Shown in pieces: positions 12,678-25,727 of a stretch of 64,000 bases of DNA; the stretch's first letter is position 1; the number at the start of each line of letters is the position of its first letter. Position numbers and translations under genes: made by a program. Source of the DNA: Octopus vulgaris (lineage: Eukaryota); NCBI GenBank assembly GCA_951406725.2, contig OX597815.1:207824001-207888000 (forward strand), given 5' to 3'. The notes below the pieces were generated by a model that searched no databases, had not been told where the DNA came from, and was given only the letters and a program-made list of their open reading frames with translations.

Positions 12678-13151
12678 CTGATGAAAGAAACAATTCTTTT
12701 GACTTCCAAAGGGGTGAAAATCAAATTAGACATATTTAATATCTAATAGACAAAGGAAAAACAATAATAAAAAAAAGGAAAAAGAAGAAATGAAAGCATC
12801 TGATTCTCTCAAAGACTTCAGTAATATTTATAAGAAAGCTACGTGGAATCAGGTTGGCTGAGGTATTAGCACACTGCTTCATTTGTCATGAGTTTAAAAT
12901 CTCCCGCTTACTTAGTTTTTCTTATTGTGCTTCTGAGCACAATACTTTATTTTATATAGCCTCAGTTTGCCTAGAGTAGGTAAACTGTTGTAAAATAGGT
13001 ATCAGATCATAAGGAAATCTTATCTATTGTGCTTGCTAAGGCTGTTTAGCTCAGATCAACCTTCATCAAGTAGAACAATCTCTGGTGGCCTTGTTGTTTT
13101 TCTAGATTTCTTACCACTATTTGCTTTACTAACCAGACTGAAAGTAACCTT

Positions 13152-13218
<67 letters not shown>

Positions 13219-13526
13219 TAAGAGATATATATATATATATATATATATAGTATAAGAGATAGTATGAAAAGGTAATTTCTGATATGGTAATTGCAAAGAA
13301 AATATCTAAAACTATTTTATGAAATATGGTCTTTCCTTTTAAAGATGGTTTGGTATACTTTCAGTGAAATTGGGTTGTTATTTTTAGCACATTAAGTGAC
13401 TACATAGAAACCTCATATTTGGTGCAGGCATAGCTGTGTGAAGCCAAAAAGTTTGCTTTCCAAGCATGTGGTTTTAAGTTCAGTCCCACTGTGCAGTAAA
13501 TTCAGCCGTTGTGTTTTATTATAGAA

Positions 13527-13946
13527 CTAGCAGTATAGCCCAGTGTTGCTCGGGTTTGTTTTTTAGTTGCGCTTAAAACAGCATACTTTGACATAATTTC
13601 AATCGTTTTTGAAAAATAAAAATTTTGCATTATGTAGCTTGTTATTCTCTTTAAATGAACATTTTTCTGGTTGAAATGCACCGGAAAATGGTGACACAGC
13701 AGTAAAAATATCGTAAAAAATAAGGATTTTCATAGAAAAAAGCACTTTTTTTATGTAAATAATTTTTGGTCTTAACATGGTCCGATTTCAATTTTATCTT
13801 CTGCAGAATGAAGAGCAAGCCTTCTTCTATCATAGTCTCAATTTTGGTCAACTTGTGCCGCAGGGTCTCGGAGGAGATAGTGTTAGTTGAAGGCTACCAA
13901 ACCTGCCACACACACACAGAGACAACTTCAGCTTTATATGTATAGA
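13527..13946 (-). mobile_element. Non-autonomous Helitron
   Basis: Minus strand starts TCTATACATATAAAG and ends with an imperfect hairpin (acccgagcaacactgggc), a short spacer and CTAG|T; no TSD; splits a SINE A head (13425-13526 / 13947-14005). Confidence 0.85.
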
Positions 13947-14017
13947 ATGAACTGAATGAAGACATGTGAGTGGATTTTGGTGGCTGGAAACTGAAAACAG
14001 CCCTTTGTGTGTGTATG

Positions 14018-14064
<47 letters not shown>

Positions 14065-14664
14065 ATGCACATGCATGTGTATGTATGTGTGTATACATAT
14101 AAATTCAATTAGAGGCTAAGTTAGCATCATTAAAGGATAGTAATATCCAATGAATTACTGGTTCATTACCTAATATTTGTTGTGAATAATAATATTCTTA
14201 AAATAATAGGTTTAAATATAAATCATGTTTCATAATCATTCAAAAGAAAATTAAGAAAATGGAGATATAGCATTTAATTAAAAATTGTTATCTGCAACAT
14301 GTTTCAACATATTCTCTTACAGCTGTTTCAATTAAGCCTAAAGATTAAAATAGCAATTATCAAATCATTATATTAGGCATGATTTGAAAACACAATGTCT
14401 AATAATGTAACACACACACAAACACATACACACACACACACTCACACACATACACACATATAATTCCAAGAGAGTTAGAGGTTGTGAATCCATGGTATTT
14501 TATATTTTATATTTTATATATTATATATGTAAAGCATAATATGTTATACATGTATGTATATCGTTACAATAGTCTTTTAAAAAAATAAATAGACGTAATA
14601 TAATGTCTAAAAGTTGATGAACACCACTTGATCCCCTCGATTTTCTTATTGATGTATATATCTT

Positions 14665-14868
14665 TACTCTTTTACTCGTTTCAGTCATTTGACTGCGGCC
14701 ATGCTGGAGCACCGTCTTTAGTCGAGCAAATCGACCCCGGGACTTATTCTTTGTAAGCCCAGTACTTATTCTATCAGTCTCTTTTGCCGAACCGCTAAGT
14801 GACGGGGACGTAAACACACCAGCATCAGTTGTCAAGCAATGCTGAGGGGAACAAACACAGACACACAA

Positions 14869-14909
<41 letters not shown>

Positions 14910-15036
14910 AATATACGACAGGCTTCTTTCAGTTTCCGTCTACCAAATCCACTCACTAGGCATTGGTCGGCCTGGGGCTATAGCAGAAGATGCCACGCAG
15001 TGGGACTGAACCCGGAACCATATGGTTGGTTAGCAA
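14665..15036 (-). mobile_element. SINE family A, head truncated
   Basis: Colinear with other copies. Confidence 0.88.
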
Positions 15037-15595
15037 TATATAACGGTTACTTTCAGTCTGGTCAGTAAAGCAAATAGTGGAAAGAAATCTAGAAAAACAA
15101 CAGGGCCATCAAAGATTGTTATGGAGATATTGAAAGCATCAAGTCACATAACTCTGTACATTCTTAAGTCATCAGATTTCTGCTGCTAAGACCCAAGCTA
15201 CCACTGATCAAGCAAACTTATGATTAAAAGCATTCCAGCCCCCCCTTTTACCATTTTGTATATCAAGGACTATATTACTCATTTTGTGTTTTTTTTATTT
15301 TTAAAGAAGGTGAGATGTAATCTAAAGGTATTTTTTTTTGTTGCTATTTTTAGCCATTTGTATCACCATGTAAAATTCCAATCTTGTTGACTTGAATTTA
15401 TCAGTTACTTATTTCAGAAGGGCTTTTCAATAGCAATATCATTGCAAAATAGTAGAAGGGCAAAGGAGATAAAAGGGAAATGATATAAGTATGTTAAACT
15501 GAATAACCATCTCTTGAAAGTAATTAAGAGAGTTTTGGCAAAATATTTGACATTTAAGAAGAAAGTAATGCAGCAATGAAGCTTTCAAAGTATAC

Positions 15596-15676
15596 CTTCT
15601 TGATTTTCCTAATTTCCTCATTTTCCTCGGCCAATCGGTGATTTGACAACTTTCTTTCAGCCTTATATTTTAGGAG
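15596..15676 (-). CDS. Candidate exon 2 (LLKYKAERKLSNHRLAEENEEIRKIKK; charged, helical)
   Basis: Acceptor ttgtatctttgcag, donor AAG|gtatac, 81 nt, phase 0 to 0, no stop. Confidence 0.58.
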
Positions 15677-15713
15677 CTGCAAAGATACAATGACATATAA
15701 TATTAATAATAAT

Positions 15714-16120
15714 CAATAATAAATCTCTGAACGAGGTATAAACAGTAACTGTACGACAATGTGAAATATATTTGCCATCTAAATATGGCTAACCACTAAG
15801 GGTGGATGCTACTGTAGCTTGTAGCCCCAGGAGAACATCTTCTCCAGCTGGCTAAAGGATATATGTATTTGCATTGGGACCCCTTCGCATCAAAGACCGG
15901 TGATTGTTGTGCACTGATGATGGGTAAATACCCAGAAACCCGTGTCCATGCATATCACCTCAGGCCGATGATGGGGGAGGATGGCTTCCCTTTGCAAATA
16001 CCAATAGGGCACAGAAAGTGTGTCAATAGCCAGCTAGAGAAGATGTTCTCCTGGGGCTACAAGCTACAGTAGCATCCACCCCTAGTGGTTAGCCACATTT
16101 AGATGGCAAATATACTTCAC
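15714..16120 (+). mobile_element. Putative Penelope-like non-autonomous element with 96-bp inverted arms
   Basis: 15758-15853 is the reverse complement of 16028-16123 with a few mismatches; flanked by ATTAATAATAAT at 15702-15713 and 16121-16132; internal hammerhead motif. Confidence 0.65.
15899..15959 (+). ncRNA. Hammerhead ribozyme motif (type I, minimal stem III)
   Basis: CTGATGA (15914-20), stem II TGGGTA-AA-TACCCA, GAAAC-ccgt-GTC, stem I TGCA/TGCA plus GGTGAT/ATCACC; two unpaired nt after the GUC triplet. Confidence 0.7.
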
Positions 16121-17794
16121 ATTAATAATAATAATAAACCAGAAAGTTTAATATGATTACAACTACCATATGTTCCAGCATACGAATCAAATTTTTCAGA
16201 TCAAAAGGGGTCGGTCAACTTGTATAGCAAGACAACTTTGAAGGATCAAAAATTCCATTTGAAATACAGTGGAATATGGAAAGATAGTGATGGTGCTTGA
16301 ATGTTTAAGCTACATTTACCCTGTCTACTCTGTCAACTTGTATGCCAGAAAATACAGTAAAAATTCATTTAAATACAAACAATCAAACCGTGGCATTATT
16401 TAAGCAGGCTTGATATAAAGCAGTCTAATTGCTCTGCGTAATACAATGAAGTTAAACTCTAAATACGTCTTCATGATATGAAATGATTAACACATGATAT
16501 AAAATAACATCATAGGAGAAAATGGTTTGTAGTGGAATCATTGTACAAAGGTGGCTCAAACATTGATATTTAGTATCTAATTGAAGCTCAATGTTCTATT
16601 ATGTTTTCTGACAGTTTGTTTTTTGAAAATAATGCATCAAATAATAGGAAAAAAAAAATACAACAGAAAAACCTGAAATGTAAGAAGAGATTCATCTAAT
16701 TTAGTTCTTATCAATCATAAAATACCAAAATCCAACTGAATCAAGTAAATTGTTTTGTTACATTGTTGCAGACTTATACAACTATATGGTTTCTAATTCA
16801 ATTTAGTTCTTATCAATCATAAAATACCAAAATCCAACTAAGAATGAAAATCAATTTGTTACTTTAACATTCTTACAAGTATAGAAGAGATTCTAAGAGA
16901 TTCTAATCATATTCTCATCATCAGTGGCGCATTAACTATATAAGACTTCAAATATTCTTCAGAATAAAGAAAGAAAAGAAAAAAATCTTATCAATTGCTT
17001 ACCTTTCTACAAAAGACACATTTTCTTATTCATATTTATTTATTTATTTATTATATCTAAGAAGTTTCTTTCTCATGTTTATAATGTACTCTATTTTTTA
17101 AATTGTTAATTGCATTCAGCTTAGTCAAAAAATTTATTTTAAAAAAATATATAAAGCAATTACAATTTGCCAATAGGTTGAGTGAAATGTGTTTTAATTT
17201 TTCTAAACCAGTTCTTTGTTTTCTATAACCATTAAGAACATTCCCCCCCACCAAAAACCCCTCTTTATTGTCCTCATTAAGTTCCTAATAACATTTTCAC
17301 TGGTTCTTCATCAAACTTATGCATAGTCCTTTCACCTGGAATTTGAATTACATCCAGTAAGAACAGACAGATAGAATTATTAATGTGTTAATTTCGCATA
17401 ACATTTGCCATGAAAATTTGGACTGAATTGTGCAAAGAAAGACCATTCTAACTGTCCCTTAAACATTTTCCCCCTTACTACCTGACAGATTCTCTTGTGA
17501 TTGTTAGTGGTATAATATTCAATAGGTAGTAAAAGAAAATAATACATATGTGGTCATATTTGAAAGAAAAATGCTAAAATCTAAAACTCAGAATATTCAA
17601 AAAAACAATGTCAAAGCAATACCACACAAAACTGTACAAACAACAAAAACTATATTATATGAATAGCTTCTTTGGGATGGCTGTGTTTGTTTTATTTCTT
17701 TACAATAGATCAAACGGTAACCTGATATTTGTCACTGATGTTCTTGAAGGAATTTCTATATTCATAACAGCTGAGCTCTATTTCTTACCATTAA

Positions 17795-18014
17795 CCCATT
17801 CGTTACCAACCTGGCTGAAACCGGCTCGGGCTCTGACTACAAATGTCTTGTTTTCATAAGTTCTGAATTAAAATCTTCCACCAAACCTTAGTCACAATTT
17901 ATGTTCCTAACACTAGCTTAATGATAACCAGGTAATTTTAATAAATTCTTCGTTATATTTAAAGTAATTGAAAGAAACACAGAACATCTCAACAGAAATA
18001 TGGTAACAAAAGAG
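17795..18014. mobile_element. piggyBac-type MITE, 220 bp
   Basis: TTAA on both sides; TIR CCCATTCGTTACCA / TGGTAACAAAAGAG. Confidence 0.85.
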
Positions 18015-18038
18015 TTAAAGTAACCATGATATTTTTAA

Positions 18039-18258
18039 CCCTTTCATTACCAACCTGACTGAAACCACCTCTGGCTCTGAGTACAAATGTCTTGTTTTCA
18101 TAAGTTTGGAATTAAAATCTTCCACCAAACCTTAGTCACAATTGATGTTCCTAACACTAGCTTAATGATAACCAAGTAATTTTAATAAATTTTTTGTTAT
18201 ATTTAAAGTAGTTGAAAGAAACACAGAACATCTCAAAATAAATGCAGTTATGAAAGGG
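18039..18258. mobile_element. piggyBac-type MITE, second adjacent copy
   Basis: TTAA|CCCTTTC...GAAAGGG|TTAA; colinear with 17795-18014. Confidence 0.85.
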
Positions 18259-19564
18259 TTAAAGGTGAAAATTAAGATCCACATAAGCATGTAGAAGCAA
18301 GTACTATAAGAATTGTTGGGCTGTATTACCAAATGCCAGTGATTTAGTCCAACTAGATTACAAATTAAGTACATTTTAAAATTCTTTCAATAGATTTGGC
18401 AAATTGATTATTACCATCCTTTCACATAGCATATCATTTGACAGTGGACTTATTCTTATTTGTTTATATAGGTATTTCCAGGAATAATTTCTATAATATA
18501 TCTGCCATTGGCAGCACAAATCTTTTACCAATTGTGTAGAGTTCCTTGGCTTTCATAATTAAATATGTGGCTTTGTATGATGCTCTTAAGTATTTTCTTG
18601 AACCACTGCATGTTTTCCAGAAAGCTGTTTTTATATTTTCAAAGACTTCTGTAATTTTTTCCAAAAAAGTATTAGAAAAGATTTTGCTCGCAGAAGAAGC
18701 ATTGCTGGTATTATTATGTCTTTTAGATTTTAGATTTAGAAGGCTTCATGCTTGGAATCCAAAGAAAAAGACACAAAGAAATAAAGAAGTTACAAGAATA
18801 CTTCAGCAGATGAGTGATTCAATATTATTTTCCTTTTGTTATTTTACTTAAGATATTGAATAAAACATGATTTTTGTCACATATGTGCATTGGCATTTTA
18901 TAAATTTATCTTGTCATTGTGTTACAACTCATGTTTTCTCAGTTAATAATTGATTTGAAATATTATTTGTTTAATTACTTTGACTTTTATTTATGGTATT
19001 TAAATGAAATATGACATTTTTTTTTTTCTCTGCGACTCTCTTTCTCTTCACCAAAACACTCATTTGCCCACTACTCATTATAAATTTAACTGACTGAATT
19101 GTTATCTTCAAACCCCAAAAAATAAAAACAGAATTCATATGGTATAAAAGATTCATTGTACTTCCTCGTTTACATGCAAAATTGTTCAGGTTCTACAGTT
19201 TTATTCACTTAAAGGGCTACCATTGTCATTTAATACGTCACTTTCACTTTCTCTTTGTCAAACTTTAGCTGATTACTGACAACAGTAGGAGAATGTTTTG
19301 GTTTCCTTTCAGAAATTGAAAAGATGCATGGCTTAGTGGCTCGGGCATTGTGCTCAGAATTGTAATATCATAGTTTCTATCCCTGAATCAAGCAGTGCAT
19401 CATGTCTTTGAGTAAAAAATTTCATTTTATGTAGCTCCAGGGCACTAAGTATGCAAATGGGTTTCAGCAACAGCTGGGAAGTTAACCTTGCAATGGACTG
19501 GTGTCCTATTCAGGGTGGAATGTCATGATCTCTGGCCTTATGAGTTCCAGAGCTCATGACTGAC

Positions 19565-19680
19565 CAATGTCCAAGCTGATAGTGCAATACAGCCAGCTTC
19601 TTTCTTATTTGGAATATTTTTGGTGCCATTTGGATTTATTTTTCTGTTATTGTTGTTCTTAAGTATTCTGGAATTTGAAC
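19565..19680 (-). CDS. Candidate exon 1 (SNSRILKNNNNRKINPNGTKNIPNKKEAGCIALSAWTL)
   Basis: Acceptor (T)n-atag, donor TTG|gtcagt, 116 nt; the only open frame is phase 1 to 0, which fits the next exon. Confidence 0.55.
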
Positions 19681-20997
19681 CTATAAAAAAAAAATGCTTA
19701 TAAGAATACTTTTGTTGTTTTCTCTCATAAACAGACCCCTACAAGTTCACTCCTTTTTCTAGAAAGTGCAGTCAAATCTCTCAGTAATAAGTAGCCCTTT
19801 CCAATAACAATGCAAAAATAGTCAAAGAAAAATTACATAAACAATTTGATACAATCATACACCTTCATCTCAAACAACACAAAATTAACACTAATAATTC
19901 AACAATAACAAGACTAACACAAAAACGAACAGCAATAATACTAAAGTGAACAGCAACAACAAGAAGAAAAACAACAAGAAAAACAACAACAAAAAAACAA
20001 CAACAACAAGAACAACAACTATAACAGCTGGAAAAATATTTCTAATTGTATTAAAAACACCCCAATGACACGGGTGGATCAAAAAATGTCTTCCACAGCT
20101 ACCAAAATAAACTAAGTCAAACTTGCTACAACAATAATGGATTACCCTCTAAGATCACCTGTATTTATACATGAGGAATAATTTTCAATTCTATATGATA
20201 TAAATGAAAATATTTTGAAAATAATATTACAAAAAGAAAAAGTAGAAAAACATCCAAGAGTAACAACTGACCTAAGTTGGTTAAGATTAATTTACATTTA
20301 TGAGTATCAAGTTTGGTGATATAAACAGCAAAAATAGAAACCGCGATCCTACGACTGCAAGCCCACTGCCCTAACCACTGGGCCATTGCGCCTCCACATA
20401 TATGTGTGTGTGTATATATATATATATGTGTGTGTGTGTGTATAAAATATATATATCTTGTAAAAAGCACTAAGTCTACACTGCTGAGTGGTTGGTGTTA
20501 GGAAGGGTATCCAGCTGTCAAAACCCTGCCAAAACAGTCACAGAAGTCCAGTGCAGGCTTTGGCCTGGTTGGCTCTTGTGGTACTGTCCTACCCATTCTA
20601 GTACAGAACATGGACGTTAAATGAGGATGATGATGATGATGCTGATCATGTTTGACAATTCAGATCATGGTTGTAAACATACATCATAGTAACACCATTT
20701 CCCCGAAACACTTCCTTCTTCTAAATTGTTAATACATGACTGAATGCATGACAGAGTATTGAGTATCATGAGACGTATTACCAAATATGCTAGAAATCAT
20801 TATAAAATCATGAGTTCATGTGTGATAGCAATTATGTGTTGATGCCTCTCTGTGTAAAATGCAAGAGGGGTGGGAATGACAATTGAGCAACAACAGTACT
20901 CTGGTAATCCATCTAATTGTCATTCACCTGTTCTTGTTACAGTTGTCATTTCATACTGGCATTTTATTTTGTGGACAAATTATTTTTTCTCTCTCTC

Positions 20998-21349
20998 TCT
21001 TTTTACTCTTTTACTTGTTTCAGTCATTTGACTGCGGCCATGCTGGAGCACCACCTTTAATCGAGCAACTCGACCCCGGGACTTATTCTTTTGTAAGCCC
21101 AGTACTTATTCTATCGATCTCTTTTGTCAAGCAATGCTAGGGGTACAAACACAGATGCACAAACACACACACGCATATATATATATATACATATATACGA
21201 CAGGCTTCTTTCAGTTTCCGTCTACCAAATCCACTACTGGCCCGAGACTATAGTAGAAGACACTTGCCCAAGGTGCCACGCAGTGGGACTGAACCCAGAA
21301 CCATGTGGTTGGTAAACAAGCTACTTACCACACAGCCACTCCTGCGCCT
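20998..21349 (-). mobile_element. SINE family A with internal deletions
   Basis: Colinear with other copies. Confidence 0.88.
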
Positions 21350-21702
21350 GTTTACATTTCATAAACACACATACACACACAAATTTATACGTATGTATAC
21401 ATAAATGTATTTGATTCATAAATGCTGCATATTAAATATTTAATATATGAATGTAAATAAAATGCTCTGATACCCTAAGCAAATGGGGTTTTAGTATTTT
21501 ATATTAAAGTTCTGCAGCTTCAAGTAATCTTTACACTACCCTTTAAAAACTAGGGTCTGTTGGTCTGTTAATTTCACAGATGACTTTCAAGAAATGTATT
21601 AATTCATTCATTTACTTATTTTAATAGCACACACTGAAACAAAATCCCACTGTGAATATTTAAATGGGTATGTGCACGCATGCACGTGCATGTGTGTGCA
21701 TG

Positions 21703-21745
<43 letters not shown>

Positions 21746-21749
21746 GAGT

Positions 21750-22017
21750 ATATAAATTCATAAATGAGGGTGAAAAATTAGATATTAATTTAATAATACC
21801 ATCAGTTTAATACCAAGTGGCCTAGCACATAAAAACCAGGGAGACAATACAAATTTATACGTAAATATAAGAGAGTTACCGTTAAGTGGTTAACTCTAAT
21901 GCTAGAAATAGCTCCTTATTCTGGTATAGCCACCGAAGTTGTTTCCACAAAAGAAATAACATTACTTTCAACGTAAGGAAAGTGAAATACAACAAAAAGA
22001 TAGATTAATGCTGAACA

Positions 22018-22020
<3 letters not shown>
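21750..22020. mobile_element. ~270-bp unclassified repeat embedded in (TA)n
   Basis: Second copy at 43720-43990 with the same left boundary, ataaattcataaatgagggtgaaaaattag. Confidence 0.75.
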
Positions 22021-22100
<80 letters not shown>

Positions 22101-22433
22101 TTCTTTCTTGTTTCAGCTCAGAGCTGCGACCATGCTGATGCACCACATATATACACGAATATGTGTATTTATGCATATAGGTGTGGGCATGGCTGTGTGG
22201 CTGTGTGGTTGGAAGTTTGCTTCCTAACCACATGGTTCTAGGTTCAGTTCCACTGCTGGGCACCTTGGCACCTTGGGCAAATGTCGTCCATCCACTATAA
22301 CTTTGGGCCAACCAAAGCCTTGTGAGTGGATTTGGTTGATGGAAACCGAAGGAAAGTTATCACACACACACACACACACACACAAATATATAAGAAAAGG
22401 TATAAATAACGATCATTACATATTTTTCTTTAT

Positions 22434-22473
<40 letters not shown>

Positions 22474-22997
22474 TGTTCTTCTTGTTCTTACTTGTTTCAG
22501 TCATTTGACTGCGGCAATGCTGGAGCACCATGTTCATAAATATGTATTCAGGTGTAGGATTCATTAGAATCCAGGTAATTCTATGTGTAGGATGTCTGGA
22601 GAGGGAGCTTAATGAGCTTGCAATATTCAGTTGTCATTAGCTGACTATCTGGTGCAAATATGCATATGAGTGTCCGCAAGTCAATCAATTTATATATATA
22701 TTATCTACGTAAAAAGCACCCACTACACTCATGGAGTGGTTGGCGTTAGGAAGGGCACCCAGCCGTAGAAACATTGCCAGATCAGCCTGGGCCTAGTGCA
22801 GCCTTCTGGCTTCCCAGACCCCAGTTGCACCGTCCAACCCATGCTAGCATGGAAAGCGGATGCTAAACGATGATGATGATGATACATATATATATATGTG
22901 TGTGTGTGTGTATATATATGTAGATAATATATATATACATATATAAATATAAATGTATGTATATAAGTATATATATATATATATATGTATATATATG

Positions 22998-23071
<74 letters not shown>

Positions 23072-23167
23072 TACCTAATCAAATACAAACTATAGATCCA
23101 ACTTCAGGATTGTTCCAAGAGTAGTGTTTGTATAAATGAACACTTGTGTTCTTCTTGTATATACGTG

Positions 23168-23202
<35 letters not shown>

Positions 23203-23984
23203 GCATGCATGTGTCCTTCGCCACTTCTTGACAACTGGTGCTGGTGTATTTACATCCCTGTAGCTTAGCAGTTCAGCAAAAGATCTGATAGAATAAACAC
23301 CAAGCTTTAAAAAAATTAAAAAATAACAAGAACTGAGTTCAATTTTCTCAACTAAAATTCTCCAACGTGGTGTCCCAGCATGGCCTCAATCCACTGACAG
23401 AAACACGAAACAGATAAAAGATAATGTCCATTATCGAAAACACCTTCAGGTTTATAAAAATGAAGGGAAATTTAAATCAATTAAAGGTAGAATTGATCAC
23501 AAAATCTTCATAATTAAAAGCACTGAAACAGTTGGCTTCAGCTTCAAGGCTCAAATATACTTAAGGCTTAAATAATTGGCAATTTTTCATAAATATATTG
23601 ACCAATATTGTATTATGTTGGTTCCATGCCAAAGAGTACAGCTACATTGTTGACTGTATTCAAGGAAACTCTTTCTATTTGTGGAAGAAGCCTGTTTTCC
23701 AAACTTCTTTAGAAAAATAAAAAAAGACCTATTATTAAGATTATTCAAATGAAGCTACAAAGGTCACTGATCTCCAGAATAAATGTTTACTTTGGAATGG
23801 TAAAGATTTAGTTTTTAATGCAAGTGACTCTTATCTTTGTGTATTCCCAATGTAATTTGTATCAAAGACCCAATACTTTTTCTGCAAAGATGAATCCTAA
23901 AGAAACTTGATACTAGTTTTTGATTTTTTTCCTACATCTAAGTCAGTCAGTCTGCTATAAATGAATACATACATGCATGTATAG

Positions 23985-24016
<32 letters not shown>

Positions 24017-24207
24017 GTGTGTGTGCGTCTGTGTGTGTGTATATATATATATATATATACATACATATACACTTATTTATCATATATATATATATATATG
24101 CATGTGTCTGTGTATATCTATCTATATATATATTTGTGTATGTGTAAAAAAATATATATGCATATAAATATATATATATATATCTTCACACCCATATATA
24201 CATGTAC

Positions 24208-24255
<48 letters not shown>

Positions 24256-24312
24256 GTCTGTCTGTCTGTCTGTCTGGCTGCCTGGCTGCCTGCCTGCCTG
24301 CCTGTCTGTCTG

Positions 24313-24348
<36 letters not shown>

Positions 24349-24569
24349 CATATAACAATCCAGTGTACCTCAAGTGTGAAACCGATTGGTAGGATCAATT
24401 ACGAAGGATATATAATTCTGTACACCTCGGATAATATGTGTGTGTGAGAGAGAAGCTGATTCAAATTGTAAAAATAGTTCAATATCATGTGATAAATAAG
24501 GAAGAATAAGATCATACAGACTTGGTGTGTAAGTAAGTGGAATTAGGACTGGTGCGGCTAACAAATATC

Positions 24570-24960
24570 CTCTTTTACTCTTTTACTTGTTTCAGTCATT
24601 TGACTGCGGCCATGCTGGAGCACCGCCTTTAATCGAGCAACTCGACCCTCGGACTTATCCTTTTGTAAGCCCAGTACTTATTCTATCGGTCTCTTTTTGC
24701 CGAACCGCTAAGTAACGGGGACATAAACACACCAGCATCGGCTGTCAAGCAATGCTAGGGGGACAAACACAGACACACATACATATATATGTACATATAT
24801 ACGACAGGCTTCTTTCAGTTTCCATCTACCAAATCCACTCACAAGGCTTTGGTCGGCCCGGGGCTATAGTAGAAGACACTTTCCCAAGGTGCCACGCAGT
24901 GGGATTGAACCCGGAACCATGTGGTTGGTAAACAAGCTACTTACCACAAAGCCACTCCTC
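24570..24960 (-). mobile_element. SINE family A
   Basis: Colinear with other copies. Confidence 0.9.
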
Positions 24961-25327
24961 TATAGGTTATTTATAATTCAGCCTATCTTTGCTGCAGTAG
25001 AATGTTGTTCTGTTGGGTATATGATATCTTTTTATTTTGCTATTGTTTTCTTTTTTTGTTTTTTTTGTTCTGAGAGTGTCATTAAACTGCAGAACCTTGA
25101 ATTTTAAGCCTTTTTATGATTGCAGTATTAATGATAGTTAAGTTTGATATAAAACAGCTCAGCCTAATAATACATGTCAATAGTGATATAGCCAATTTGT
25201 TTGGTGTGACTAAGTCTCGTGGAGCCAGCGTTCTAGGTTTAATGGAATACGGTACAGAATTCTTCTGCTTCTCCTTTATGTATGCAGCAGGAAAATAAAT
25301 TTTGTCAGGGTCTGTATTTAATTAAAA

Positions 25328-25333
25328 TATATA

Positions 25334-25375
<42 letters not shown>

Positions 25376-25427
25376 GTCGAAACATATCTAAGTCTAAGTT
25401 TATATATACACATATATATATATATAC

Positions 25428-25490
<63 letters not shown>

Positions 25491-25591
25491 TATATATATA
25501 ACTATATACATAAATATATATATATATATATATATACATACACACATATATATATATACATATATATAAATATATACATATATATAGATAT

Positions 25592-25677
<86 letters not shown>

Positions 25678-25727
25678 TGTATATATATATATATATGTAT
25701 ATACATATATGTATATATATATATATA
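25328..25727. repeat. (TA)n-rich compound microsatellite
   Basis: Direct inspection. Confidence 0.95.

Larger units (their letters stand above)
16767..18850 (-). pseudogene. Decayed hAT (Buster/Charlie, ZBED5/SCAND3-like) transposase fossil
   Basis: Ordered remnants SMKPSK..KRH, YLRASYKATYLIMKAKELYTIGKRFVLP, PLSND, AQLL, KGKMFK and TI*LYKSA match family motifs (RASY..IAKAKKPHTIGEELILP, PLSNDT, RGKVL, TTYLCES); many stops and frameshifts. Confidence 0.75.

Noticed and set aside
12678-12695. Hammerhead at CTGATGAAAGAAAC
   Set aside because: No room for stem II; better explained as the minus-strand splice acceptor.
17003-17335. Minus-strand exon
   Set aside because: Stops in all frames and lies within the hAT fossil.
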